Part shown: positions 1 to 12,023 of the stretch, piece by piece
Numbering within the stretch: position 1 is the stretch's first letter
Layout: each line of letters begins with the position of its first letter
From: Azolla caroliniana
Lineage: Eukaryota; Plantae; Polypodiophyta
Assembly (NCBI GenBank): GCA_043228905.1
Contig: JBHGNT010000002.1
Location: 14,508,001-14,572,000, forward strand
DNA length: 64,000 nt
Reading direction: 5' to 3'
The notes under the pieces: generated by a model
Database searches by the model: none
Seen by the model: only the letters and a program-made list of their open reading frames with translations
Told to the model about the DNA's origin: nothing
Program-made: the position numbers and the translations under genes

Positions 1-1
1 C

Positions 2-490
2 ATGCCGACGGAACGTACGATCTCCTCGTGGGCAACCGTGGACTGGAGAGACGAGATGAGCCGGGAGGAGCTGCTGGCGGCGCGTATACGACAGCTCGAG
101 CGAACACCGGAGGACGTGGAGCAGGCTGCGGAAAAGCTTCGGGAAGCAAGGATGAGGAACAAAGCCCGGTTCGACCGAACGCACCGGCTCCGACCGAAGA
201 AGATCAAGGAAGGCGACTGGGTGCTAGTCTACGACAGCAGCCTTGACAACCAGCACCGAGCGACACGGAAGTTCGCAAGAAGGTGGTTCGGGCCTTACGT
301 GGTACAAAGCGCCAACGACAACGGGACGTACCATCTGGCGGAACTCGACGGTACGAGAATGGCGATACCGGTAGCAGGGAAGCGGATCAAAGCGTTCAAG
401 AAGCGTCACGACGACGAGTCGGATCCGGTTGGCCTGGACGGCGACGACGAACGATCCGAAACCGAGGAAGAACCGACGGGCGGGGAATGA
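2..490 (+). CDS. Gypsy integrase C-terminal region (partial)
   Basis: EGDWVLVYDS...KFARRWFGPYVV...NGTYHLAELDG; closely homologous to the end of ORF 47762-49102. Confidence 0.9.
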   Translation: MPTERTISSWATVDWRDEMSREELLAARIRQLERTPEDVEQAAEKLREARMRNKARFDRTHRLRPKKIKEGDWVLVYDSSLDNQHRATRKFARRWFGPYVVQSANDNGTYHLAELDGTRMAIPVAGKRIKAFKKRHDDESDPVGLDGDDERSETEEEPTGGE

Positions 491-563
491 AGGCTGGACC
501 GGTTTTCTCCGTCCCAACTCAATTTGGCGCATGCCAGTGGATGTGCGGTTAGGTGGGTGCGGA

Positions 564-1194
564 TGTCGTGAAGAAAACCGTCCACAAGTGGAATCGGTGC
601 ATAGGAGTGTAGGAACCGACTCTTCTCGAATGTTGTCCATAGAAGATCCTAGGCGGGTAGATTTAGTGGGTAGGAAGTAAAGGGGAAACGGCTCCTTCCT
701 TGCCTATAAAAAGGAGGGAGACGAGAAGGAGGAGGGGATCGCGGAGAGTCGAGGACGAAGTGCTGTCGGTTTGCGTGCGAAGGCTTCTCTCTCTCTCTCT
801 GGTTCGCAAACTCCATAGCTTCCTTCTGGGCAAGTTTCGGGAGGCTCGCACTGCTCTGAGGAATGCCCGAGTGCTTCCGGCAGCACCTCCAACTTGCTCC
901 TGTCTTTCTGTGCGTTTACGAACAGGCATCGGCATCTGTTCGCCGGCCTATTCGATTGTAACCGACTTCGTGGTTTTGTTGTCTTCGTGTTCTTGTTGTT
1001 TGCCTTTGTTAATACATACATACATTCGTGTCTTTCTGTGTCGCTGTCCCACTTGCGTCTTTGCGTCGAAGGGTCGTGTCCCTGTGGATCTACGCTCGCA
1101 CGTAGAGGGTCTCTTCTCCTTCCTCTCTTGCTCTTTGGTACAGGACCCCTGAGGTTCCGCCTCATTCCACGCATCCGCGAGGGAAACCTCGACA
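564..1194 (+). repeat. 3' LTR of gypsy C (631 bp)
   Basis: TGTCG/CGACA inverted ends, follows the PPT, TATA-like CCTATAAAAAGG at ~703, short CT tract. Confidence 0.85.
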
Positions 1195-3510
1195 ACGGAC
1201 TACACCGCCAAGATCAAGAGCATTTGCGACTCTCTTGGCTCCATCAACGTCAACATCGACGAGGACGAGATGGTGCAAGTATGCTTGGGCGCCTCGCACA
1301 ACGATTCAACCCGTTGAGAACGGCAATCTTGGCGAGAGATACCCCTCCCTCGTTCTTCAACCTCCAATCAATGCTATTGGTCGAAGAAAACCACGTTCAA
1401 TCAAAGACCAACACATCGGAAGGACAAATGCTCTTCTCTGATACGGATGGTGCCCATAGACAAGGTCGAAGCGGAAGAGGTCAATTCGACATATCCCACG
1501 AAGGGAATTCACAATTTCAGCAAGGAAACAGAAGCCATCGAGGAACCTTCCCAAGAAGGGGGAGCTTCCATGCCGAACAAGGTCGGCGAACGACGCCACC
1601 TACGTGCAACTATTGCGGCAAAATCGGCCATCGCGAAGAGGAGTGCCGAAAAAGACGAAGCGAGCCGGCTTCAACAAGCCGGCAACTCACAAATTACGCC
1701 GCGAACGCAGACTACAGTGGACTCTTCGTGATGAGGCATAGAGCGAACTCTATGATGGCCTCCGATCCCGCAAACTCCGCAAGCACCTCCAACTCCGAAC
1801 ACGCGTGGTTCGTAGACTCCGGCGCCTCTCACCACATGACGTCGCACCAAGAGTGGTTTCGTGACTTGCAAACGCCGGATCGACCCGGCTACATAGAGAC
1901 CGGAGAGGACACTCCGCATCCCATTCGGCACATCGGCAATGTCCCATTCGAGAAAGAAGGCGAGCAAACATGCATCAAGAATGTCTTGCACGTGCCCACA
2001 ATAAGAAAGAATTTGGTCTCGGTCGGCCAAATCATGGAGCAAGGCATGCAAGTTCGCTTCAACAATGAAGGTTGCTTCATCGAGAAAGACGGCCGACTCA
2101 TAGCCAAGGGATGGAGAGACAGTCGCTTGTTCATCCTCGACTCGAACGAGGTAAAATCGGCCATGTACGCCAAAGGTCTCAAGACCGAGACAAACATCGA
2201 GTTGTGACACAAGTGAATCGGCCACGTAAACCTCCAATGGCTTCGCGGAATGCAATCAAAGGGAGTCGTAATCGGACTTCCGGCTTTCGAATCAAAACGA
2301 ATTGACCGAGTGTACGAAGCATGCCAACTCAGCAAACAACATCGACTCCCATTCCCGAAGGAGAGCTCCGCAAAAAGGCCTCCTTGACATAATCCACTCG
2401 GATGTATGGGGACCGGCTCAAACACCGACGCTCGGCGGATGCCGTTACTAAGTCACCTTCATCGACGACCACTCGCGCTATGCGTGGATATACCCGATGA
2501 AGAAGAAGAGCGAAGTGCTCTCCCACTTTCAAAGGCTCAAAAGCCAAGTGGAGAAAGAAACCGGTCGGCACATTCGATGCCTACGATCGGACGGAGGAAA
2601 GGAGTACTTCTCCGATGAGTTCACCTCCTACCTCCAAGGCGAAGGCATTCGTAGAGAATTCTCATGCCTACACACTCCCCAACAAAATGGAGTAGCCGAG
2701 AGAAAGAATCGGCAAATACTCGAGGTAGCACGCGCCATGATGCGTGAGAAGCACATGCCGAACTTCTATTGGGCGGAAGCGGCATCCACGGCCGTGTATC
2801 TCATGAATCGATGCACCACAAATAGTGTGCATGAGCTTACTCCATACGAGATCTTCGTTTCAAGAAAGCCCAGCCTCTCGCACCTCAAGGTATTCGGAAG
2901 CATTGCGAATGTACGCATCCCGAACGAAAGTCGAGAGAAGCCCGACACGAAGTCGGAAGAATGTATCCTCATAGGATAGTTGTCCGCGAAAAAGGCGTAC
3001 AAGTGCTTTAACCCTTCGATCCGAGCGGTGCGGATAAGTCGCGACGTCGTTTTCGACGAATCGGCATCTTGGTATAAGCCCGATGCAACTCCATCCGACC
3101 CGATCGAGGAAGAGTTGAACGCCAACTCAGACGACGAAACTCAGCCAAGTCCTCCACCGAAGGACAATCCAAGCTCTACCGAGCTAATTGGTCCACAAGA
3201 GCCTCCACACGATGAAAACATGTCGCGGCCAAGTCCGACATCGGACAAAGGCAAAGGTAAGATGCCCGAATACGAAGTCGAGGTCCACACCGACGACCGT
3301 GATTTGAATGATTCGGCTCGCTCACTAGACAATGAGTTCGGTGTACCCATCATGAGGACACCCGGAGTAAAGAAGGCACTCACATCGACAAACGAGAAAC
3401 TCCGCCACTCATCACGAACGAAGACCCAAGTCACTCATTACGCCTACAACGAGAATATGGCCCATCACTATGCCCTCGCGATGAAGGTGGTCGCCGAACA
3501 AGAGCTTGAG
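1195..3510 (+). pseudogene. Disrupted copia gag-protease-integrase of B
   Basis: ORF pieces 894-2207, 2497-2979 and 2980-3795 with in-frame stops (e.g. TGA at 2205) and frameshifts. Confidence 0.85.
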
Positions 3511-4606
3511 GATCCAAGCCTTCGTCATAGGCTTGAGGGGGAGAACAAATCCGCGGAGAACCGCGAAATGAAGCCGCGAATACAGAAGAAAGTCGCGCAA
3601 CGCCGCACAACAAAGCCGTGGAGAGCCGTGCAACGAAGCCGCGAAGACTCGAAGAAAGCCGTGCAACACCGCGAAGTAAGCCGCAAGCCGCACAGATGCC
3701 GACGAAGCCGAAGGAAGCTAAACCAGACGTTGGACGCCTCACACTTGAGCTTGAGGGGGCATGTTGACATATCAAGCTCAACTAGTTTAATCTAGTTAGT
3801 CAACACATGTAACTTAGTAGTTACCTAGATCGAATCTAGTTAATGTGTTGACCTTAAGCCTTTAAATAGGACCTTGTACTTAAGTGGGATATTCTAGATC
3901 CTCCACTCCTTAGTACATTTAATGTAGGACTTACACATAAGTACCTATGTTCTACCCACACATGTGCACCTTTGCACTGTTAGAAAATTGACGCTTTCAA
4001 ACCTTCACCTCTCGGCCACAACCGAGGAAACACGAATCAATGCAGCAGAAAATGAAAACACAGAGAGAGACTCGAATGCACAGGGTTTAGCGTGGAAAAC
4101 CCTAGACGGGAAAAACCACGGGAGTGCAAGACTCCAACTATCACTATACGCAGGGAATGTACAATGGCGAGCTGCAAGGCGACGACCTTGAGCTCGCTGT
4201 CCTCGCCACAGGCGGCGGTATTACACAGAGGCGTCGACCTCTTTCTTTCTCTCTCTCTCACTCTCTCTCTCGGCTGCTCTCACTTCGCTCCCTCTAAGTG
4301 GAAAACAAGAAAAATGAGCAACAACTACAAAACTGTTTGCCCTAAGTCATATTTATACACATATGACTTTCGGGCTATTTACAAATATAGCCTCAAGGGC
4401 CCTTGGCAAACATATTCACAAATATGTCCCCGCATCCGGATCTCTCTCCGGGTACATTCGTCATCCGGCTCCGTAGCCGGGGTCTTCATCTTCCGGATCC
4501 GGAACCGGGTCTTCATCATCCGGATCCGGAACCGGGTCTTCATTCCCGATTCCCTGACATCTGACCATCCCATCCGGAGGGACCGTAATCCCAACAAACT
4601 CCCCCT

Positions 4607-7600
4607 TCACTTCGGCATGGGATGTCTTTCCAGTCCGACCCTCTTCCGGCACGCTTCCAGCTTGTCGGGTGTGAGCACTTTGGTCAGCATATCTGACCCG
4701 TTCTCGTCCGTGTGGATCTTCGTCAGCACGAACTCCTGGTCTTCTATCCTTTCCCGGATCCAGTGATATCTTCGCTGGATGTGCTTCGTCCGGGAGTGAT
4801 AGGCCGCGTTCTTCGCAAGGTGGATTGCGCTCTGACTGTCGCAGTAGAGTCGGTACTCCTCCTGCCAGATACCGAGCTCTCTAATGAAGTCCTTCATCCA
4901 TATTATTTCCTTGCCGGCTTCAACAGCCGCCATGTACTCCGCCTCCGTGGTTGACAACGCAACCGTCTTCTGCAGCCTCGACTGCCACGAAATAGCTCCC
5001 CCTGCATACGTCATCACATACCCTGATGTGGACCGGCTGGTATCTGCATCAGCCGACATATCCGAATCGGTAAAGCCGTCGAGTTCGGGCTTACCGGAGC
5101 CGAATCGGAGGCACACGTTTGCCGTGCCCTTCAGGTATCGGAGTATCCACTTGGCCGCGTTCCAGTGCTCTTTGCCGGGATTGCTCATGTACTGGCTCAC
5201 CACTCCGACTGCATATCCTATGTCCGGTCTTGTACACACCATTGCGTACATCAAGCTTCCGACGGCAGAGGCATATGGTACTTTCATCATGTCCTCCTTC
5301 TCAGCCTTTGTCTTGGGGCTTTGCTTGCTGGACAACTTGCAGTTTGCCGGGAGGGTTGACCCGACCGGTCTTGCTTCCGACATGTTGAACCGGTGAAGCA
5401 CCTTTGTCACGTACTTCTCCTGTGATAGCCACAACTGCTTCTTCTTCCGGTCCCAGATGATGTGCATCCCTAGTATTTGCCTCGCCGGACCCAGGTCCTT
5501 CATTGAGAAGGTTCGGTGAAGCGCTTTCTTAAGCATCCGTATCTTGACCTGGTCCCGTCCGACGATCAACATGTCGTCCACGTACAGGAGGAGTATTAGA
5601 AAGTCTCCTCCTTCGAACTTCTTCACAAACACGCAGTGATCAGACTGCGTTTTGTGGTACCCTTCGTCGGTCATGAAGGAGTCGAACTTCCGGTACCACT
5701 GCCGAGGAGCCTACTTCAGTCCGTAAAGGCTCTTCTTCAACCGGCATACCAGGTGCTCCTTCCCTTTCTTCTCGAATCCTTCCGGTTGCTGCATGTAGAT
5801 CTCTTCTTCGAGGTCACCGTGAAGGAATGCCGTCTTCACGTCCATCTGTTCTACCTCGAGGTCCATGCTTGCCGCTATGCTCAGCACCGTCCGGATGGAG
5901 GTCATCTTCACTACCGGGGCAAATATCTCGTCGAAGTCGACACCCTTCTTCTGCTGGAACCACTTCACCACGATCCTGGCTTTGTATCTCGGGGGTTTTC
6001 CGGCATCTCCCGGTTTCAGCTTGAACACCCACTTGTTTCGAAGTGCCCGCTTTCCTTTCGGCAACTCCACAAGTTCATATGTGTGGTTCTCATGCAGGGA
6101 ATCCATCTCTTCCTGCATGGCACTTAACCACCTGCGACTATGGGTGTCAAGCTTTGCTTCTTCAAAACTCTCCGGCTCCCCTTCGTCGGTTAGCAGCACG
6201 TGCTCTGGTTCCGGAAATCTCCGGGGGGCCCTTCTCTCTCTTAGAGGATATCTCCGTTCCGGAGCTTCGGTAACCGGCTCATCCGTTTCCTCTTCATCCG
6301 AATCCATTTCGGGATCGGGGCCGGTTCCGGTATCAGTTTCATCTTCCTCGGCCGGTTCTGTTTCTTCACCGTCTTCGGCCGGATCCTCGAGTGCTAACTG
6401 GTCCCTTGCCGGTCGGGACTGCTCCTCGTAGAGTTGATCCTCACCGGTCGACCTGGAGCTCTTCATCTTCTTCTCCGACTCCCAGTCGGCGAGTGTTTTG
6501 TCCTCCATGAAGATGATATCACGACTCCGAAATATCTTTTTGTCGACCGGTTCCCATACTCGGTAGCCGAACTCGTCATCGCCGTAACCGAGGAATATGC
6601 ATGGCCGGGTCTTTGGATCTAGCTTTCCTCTCCGGTCCTTTGCCACATGCACATATGCGAGACAGCCGAACACCTTCAGATGCCGGTAGGATACTTCCCT
6701 ACCGGTCCACACTCTCTGCGGCGTGTCTCCGTCCAAAGGTACTGAGGGTGATCTGTTTATCACGTATGTCGCCGTCGACATTGCCTCAACCCAAAACCCC
6801 TTGGGTAATTTCGCATGCGCCAGCATACTCCGGACCCTCTCCATTATGGTCCGGTTCATCCTCTCGGCCAGCCCGTTCAGTTCCGGCGTCTTCGGCACAG
6901 TAAACTCGAGCCGGATTCCCTTCGAGCGACAATACTCCTTGAACTGCCCCCGGTATTCCCCTCTGTTATCCGCTAGTATCGCTTTCAGCTTCTTGCCGGA
7001 TTCCCTTTCCACTCTTGCGTGGAGTTCTTTGAAGACGCACAACACTTGGTCCTTTGTCTTCAACGGTGCCGTCCACAGCTTCCGGCTGTGGTCATCAATG
7101 AATGTCACGAAGTACTGGGCTCCGCCATGTGACTTCGTTTCTACTTGACACACGTCAGTGTGCACCAACTCCAATGGTGCGCTACGTCTCGTCGGTGGCC
7201 TTGAGTGGAAGGAGGTTCGGTTCTGCTTACCGGCCAGGCAATCGGTGCACTTCTCCAGGTGCACATGCTTCACTGGAATAAGGTTGTCTTCTGCAAGCCT
7301 CTTCATCCCCTTCTCACTCATGTGGCACAGTCTCTTGTGCCACAGCTCACCGGCAGTGTCGGCTGCCACGTTCAACTCCTCCGGACACAACCAGGCATTC
7401 ATAAGGTACAGTGTGTTGACTTTCCGGGCCCGAGCCACTATCAGGCTCCCCTTGCTGAACTTCATTACGCCGTTCCGGATGCTACCTGTGTAGCCTTCAT
7501 CGTCTAGCCTCCCGGCCGAAATCAGGTTCAATCGAACCTCCGGAACGTGTCGGACATCCTTCAGCAACATTTTGCATCCGGTCGAGGTTGTCAACCACAC

Positions 7601-8689
7601 ATCTCCTATGCCGGCAATCCGGCACGTACCTTCATTTCCCATCCGAACACAGCCATGCTCACCGGCTGTGTAGGATGAGAAGTATCTTCTTTCCGGGGTC
7701 AGGTGGAACGACGCTCCGGAATCGACCACCCAGGTAGTCTCATCGCCGGCAATGTTTAGTTCACCTTCTTCGGTGATGAGCATGATCTCCTCTTCACTTG
7801 CCGCGAATGCCGTCGTGCCTTTCCGGTCCTGCCCTCGCCGATCCGAACCATTCCGGTCCGTGGCTCCCCGGTAAGCACCGTTCCGTTCCGAAGACTTCTT
7901 CGAATCGGTGTCGTCGGCTCCGTTGTCTTTTCGGTAATGCCGACAATTCTTTCGGAAGTGCCCCGGCTTCCCACAGTGGAAGCATGTGGGCCTTCCTCTT
8001 GACTGCGACCGGGTCCCCGACTTCTCCCGTCTTTGCGGACTCCGGTTCCATTGTCTTCCCCGATCCGATTCGGTAAGCAGCATCTTCGGATCGGAGGCCG
8101 GTTCTTTATCTCTCCGACGCGCTTCTTCGTTCAAAATGCTTGTCTTTACCGTTTGTAGGGACAAGTTATCTTCGGTGCAGGAGGTGCTGAGAGTCACCAC
8201 CAAGTTCTCCCAGCTTTCCGGCAATGTACACATCAGCATGATGGCTTGCATTGCATCCTCCAACGGGAACTTGATCGCCGCAAGCTGGTTCACGAATCCC
8301 ATGAACGTGCTTACGTGTTCCACCATACTCTCGCCGTCCCGGTACTTGAGGTTCACTATCTTCCTCATCAGGGAGGTCCGGTTCAACGCATTCTTCCTCT
8401 CGTAGAGGCCCGACAGCTTCTGCCACATCTCATATGCGTTGGTGTCGTTCGCCACATGTTGTAGAACGCTCACGTCGACGTATTGCCGAATGGTTGCAAC
8501 GGCTTTCCGGTTCAGAAGCCTCCATTCCGTCTCAAGTACCCCCTTGGGTATTTCCGACCTGTCGATCGGTTCATACAGGTCCCGAACAATGAGCAGATCC
8601 TCCATCTTTATCTTCCAGTCGGCGTAGTTCTGCGCATTCAGCACCATCATCCCCGGCTGCCCGCTGCTGCCGCCTTCCATTTTCTGCAC
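4607..8689 (-). pseudogene. Copia gag-pol polyprotein of D with one premature stop at 5711
   Basis: CFHCGKPGHFRKNC, WVVDSGAS, integrase core, QMDVKTAFLHG, LYVDDML and RNaseH motifs. SLYGLK*APRQW is CAG>TAG relative to element E. Confidence 0.95.
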
Positions 8690-8696
8690 TGCAGTC

Positions 8697-8708
8697 GCTC
8701 TGATACCA
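8697..8708 (-). other. PBS of D (tRNA-iMet)
   Basis: TGGTATCAGAGC, 3 nt from the 5' LTR. Confidence 0.93.
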
Positions 8709-9546
8709 GATTGTTAGAAAATTGATGCTTTCAAACCTTCACCTCTCGGCCACAACCGAGGAAACACGAATCAATGCAGCAGAAAACGAAAACACAGAGA
8801 GAGACTCGAATGCACAGGGTTTAGCGTGGAAAACCCTAGACGGGAAAAACCACGGGAGTGCAAGACTCCAACTATCACTATACGCAGGGAATGTACAATG
8901 GCGAGCTGCAAGGCAACGACCTTGAGCTCGCTGTCCTCGCCACAGGTGGCGGTATTACACAGAGGCGTCGACCTCTTTCTTTCTCTCTCTCTCACTCTCT
9001 CTCTCGGCTGCTCTCACTTCGCTCCCTCTAAGTGGAAAACAAGAAAAATGAGCAACAACTACAAAACTGTTTGCCCTAAGTCATATTTATACACATATGA
9101 CTTTCGGGCTATTTACAAATATAGCCTCAAGGGCCCTTGGCAAACATATTCACAAATATGTCCCCGCATCCGGATCTCTCTCCGGGTACATTCGTCATCC
9201 GGCTCCGTAGCCGGGGTCTTCATCATCCGGATCCGGAACCGGGTCTTCATCATCCGGGTCTTTATTCCCGATTCCCGGACATCCGACCATCCCATCCGGA
9301 GGGACCGTAATCCCAACATGCACATGGGTTGTATATATACCTCATTGTGGGTATTTTTGGATGTTGATGACACTTTTTAATATAGTCAATCATCCCCTAT
9401 TTATCTTTGTGTTCAAGTGTAACTTCCTCTCTCTCTCTCTTCCTCTCACACACTCTCACGCACATATCATACTAATCTTTCGCTGCTTAATGTAACCATA
9501 TAATTAGTCTTTAATTAACCCTAGTTAATTACCTAATTACTTAACA

Positions 9547-12023
9547 GTTTTGTTGGGGAGTGTGTCGGCATGAGAATTCTCTACGAATGCCTTCACCTTG
9601 GAGGTAGGAGGTGAACTCGTCAGAGAAGTATTCCTTTCCTCCGTCCGATCATAGGCATCGAATGTGCCGACCGATTTCTTTCTCAACTTGGCTTTTGAGC
9701 CTTTGAAAGTGGGAGAGCACTTCGCCCTTCTTCTTCATCGGGTATATCCATGCGTAGTGCGAGTGGTCGTCGATGAAGGTGACGTAGTAGTGGCATCCGC
9801 CGAGCGTCGGCATTTGGGCCGGTCCCCATACATCCGAGTGGATTATGTCAAGGAGGCCTTTGATTGCGGAGCTCTCCTTCGGGAATGGGAGTCGATCTTG
9901 TTTGCCGAGTTGGCATGCTTCGCACACTCGGTCGACTCGTTTCGATTCGAAGGCCAAAAGTCCGATTACGACTCCCTTTGATTGCATTCCACGAAGCTGT
10001 TGGAAGTTTACGTGGCCGATTCGCTTGTGCCACAACTCGAGGTTTGTCTCGGTCTTGAGACCTTTAGCGTACATGGCCAATTTTACCTCGTTCGAGTCGA
10101 GGATGAACAAGTGACCGTCTCTCCGTCCCTTGGCTATGAGTCGGTCATTTTTCTCGATGAAGCAACCTTCATTGTTGAAGCGGACTTGCATGCCTTGCTC
10201 CACGATTTGGCCGACCGAGACCCAATTCTTTGTTATTGTGGGCACGTGCAAGACATTCTTGATGCATGTTTGCTCGCCTTCTTTCCCGAATGGTTCATCG
10301 CCGATGTGCCAAATGGGATGCGGAGTGTCGTCTCCAGTCTCTCTATGTAGTCGGGTCGATGCGGCGTTCGCAAGTCACGAAACCACTCTTGGTGCGACGT
10401 CATGTGGTGAGAGGCGCCGGAGTCTATGAACCACGCGTGTTCGGAGTTGGAGGTGCTTGCGGAGTTTGCGGGATCGGAGGCCATCATAGAGTTCGCTCTA
10501 TGCCTCATCACGAAGAGTCCACCGTAGTCCGCGTTCGCGGCGTAATTTGTGAGTTGCCGGCTTGTTGAAGCCGACTCGCTTCGTCTTTTTCGGCACTCCT
10601 CTTCGCGATGGCCGATTTTGCCGCAATAGTTGCACGTAGGTGGCGTCGTTCGCCGACCTTGTTCGGCATGGAAGCTCCCCCTTCTTGGGAAGGTTCCCCG
10701 ATGGCTTTCGTTTCCTTGCCGAAATTGTGAATTCCCTTCATGGGATAGGTCGAATTGACCTCTTCCGCTTCGACCTCGTCTATGGGCACCATCCGTATCG
10801 GAGAAGAGCATTTGTCCTTCCGATGTGTTGGTCTTTGATTGAACGTGGTTTTCTTCGACCAATAGCATTGATTGGAGGTTGAAGAACGAGGGAGGGGTAT
10901 CTCTCGCCAAGATTGCCATTCTCAACGGGTTGAATCGTTGTGCGAGGCCGCCCAAGCGTACTTGCTCCATCTTGTCCTCGTCGATGTTGGCGTTGATGGA
11001 GCCAAGAGAGTCGCAAATGCTCTTGATCTTGGCGGTGTAGTCCGTCACGGAGATTTCTTTTTGTCATATGTTGTTCAACTCTTGCCGGAGTTGAAGCTTG
11101 CGCGCGGATGTGTCCGCGGCGAAAATCTTCTTGTGATTTTCCCACGCCTCTTTGGGCGTCTTGGCGTGACGAATGTGGCTAAGCATGTGGTCGTTTACAC
11201 ATGTTGCCAAGCAATACATTACCCAACTCGCGCCTTGCTCCCATGTTGGGTAGTTGGCGTGTGTGGTTTCGGGTTTGTTTTCTTGTGTGTCGTTGATGTA
11301 GCTCCAATACCCTTGGCGACGAGGTATCAATTCATCTTGTACTCCCAAGATGAATAGTTGCTTCGGTCTAGCTTTTCACTAGGGAGTGAGCTTCCCATTT
11401 GTGTGTTCATGTTGATTGTTGTGTCTTCCGTTTTGTTTTTCTTCTCTTGGTCGCGTACACATCCTTCGTAGTGGCACTATGGTAGCGAATAGTGAATAGC
11501 CGGGATTTGTCGTTGGCGTCTCGAACACAATCACGAATAAGCGGTGGGCTTAGTGGATTTTCTAAACCACGCGCTTTGATACCATGTTAAATAATTAGGT
11601 AATTAACTAGGGTTAATTAGAGACTAATTATATGGTTACGTTAAGCAGTGAAAGATTAGTATGATATGCACGTGAGAGTGTGTGAGAGGAAGAGAGAGAG
11701 AGAGGAAGTTACACTTGAACACAAAGATAAATAGGGGATGATTGACTATATTAAAAAGTGTCATCAACATCCAAAAATACACACAATGAGGTATATATAC
11801 AACCCATGTGCAAAGGTGCACATGTGTGGGTAGAACATAGGTACTTATGTGTAAGTCCTACATTAAATGTACTAAGGAGTGGAGGATCTAGAATATCCCA
11901 CTTAAGTACAAGGTCCTATTTAAAGGCTTAAGGTCAACACATTAACTAGATTCGATCTAGGTAACTACTAAGTTACATGTATTGACTAACTAGATTAAAC
12001 TAGTTGAGCTTGATATCTCAACA
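9547..12023 (-). mobile_element. Copia element A, 5' part (LTR, PBS, gag-PR-partial IN); same family as B, which interrupts its integrase
   Basis: LTR 11585-12023, PBS TGGTATCAAAGC at 11573-11584, ORF pieces 11064-11348, 10233-11048 and 9649-10251. The integrase breaks off exactly at B's LTR end (9546). Confidence 0.9.

Larger units (their letters stand above)
1..1194 (+). mobile_element. Ty3/gypsy element C, 3' end (integrase C-terminus, PPT, 3' LTR), inserted into the gag of copia B
   Basis: Integrase tail ORF, then purine tract AGGTGGGTGCGGA (551-563), then LTR TGTCG...CGACA (564-1194). Copia gag resumes at 1195 (ACGGACTACACC, matching the uninterrupted copy at 11045 on the minus strand). 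Confidence 0.9.
3978..9318 (-). mobile_element. Full-length Ty1/copia element D (Tnt1/Tork-like protein)
   Basis: LTRs 3978-4596 and 8712-9318 (TG...CA). TSD TGCAC at 3973-3977 and 9319-9323. PBS TGGTATCAGAGC (8697-8708). PPT GAAGGGGGAGT (4598-4608). Confidence 0.97.
1195..9546 (+). mobile_element. Ty1/copia element B (gag-PR-IN, no RT/RH); its 3' LTR is split by copia D
   Basis: Zinc knuckle CNYCGKIGHREEEC, protease WFVDSGASHH, integrase LRSDGGKEY/QQNGVAER. PPT 3751-3760. LTR halves 3762-3977 and 9324-9546 match the intact LTR at 11585-12023 in reverse complement. Confidence 0.88.

Noticed and set aside
894-2207. 437-aa ORF as a novel gene
   Set aside because: It is a chance fusion of gypsy LTR sequence with copia gag-PR across the 1194/1195 junction, with a non-ATG start.
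4092-4766. Repeated ORFs MENPRREKPREC.../MFYVENPKW... (also 8826, 58265, 62835)
   Set aside because: Antisense frames through LTR copies; they recur only because the LTRs recur.
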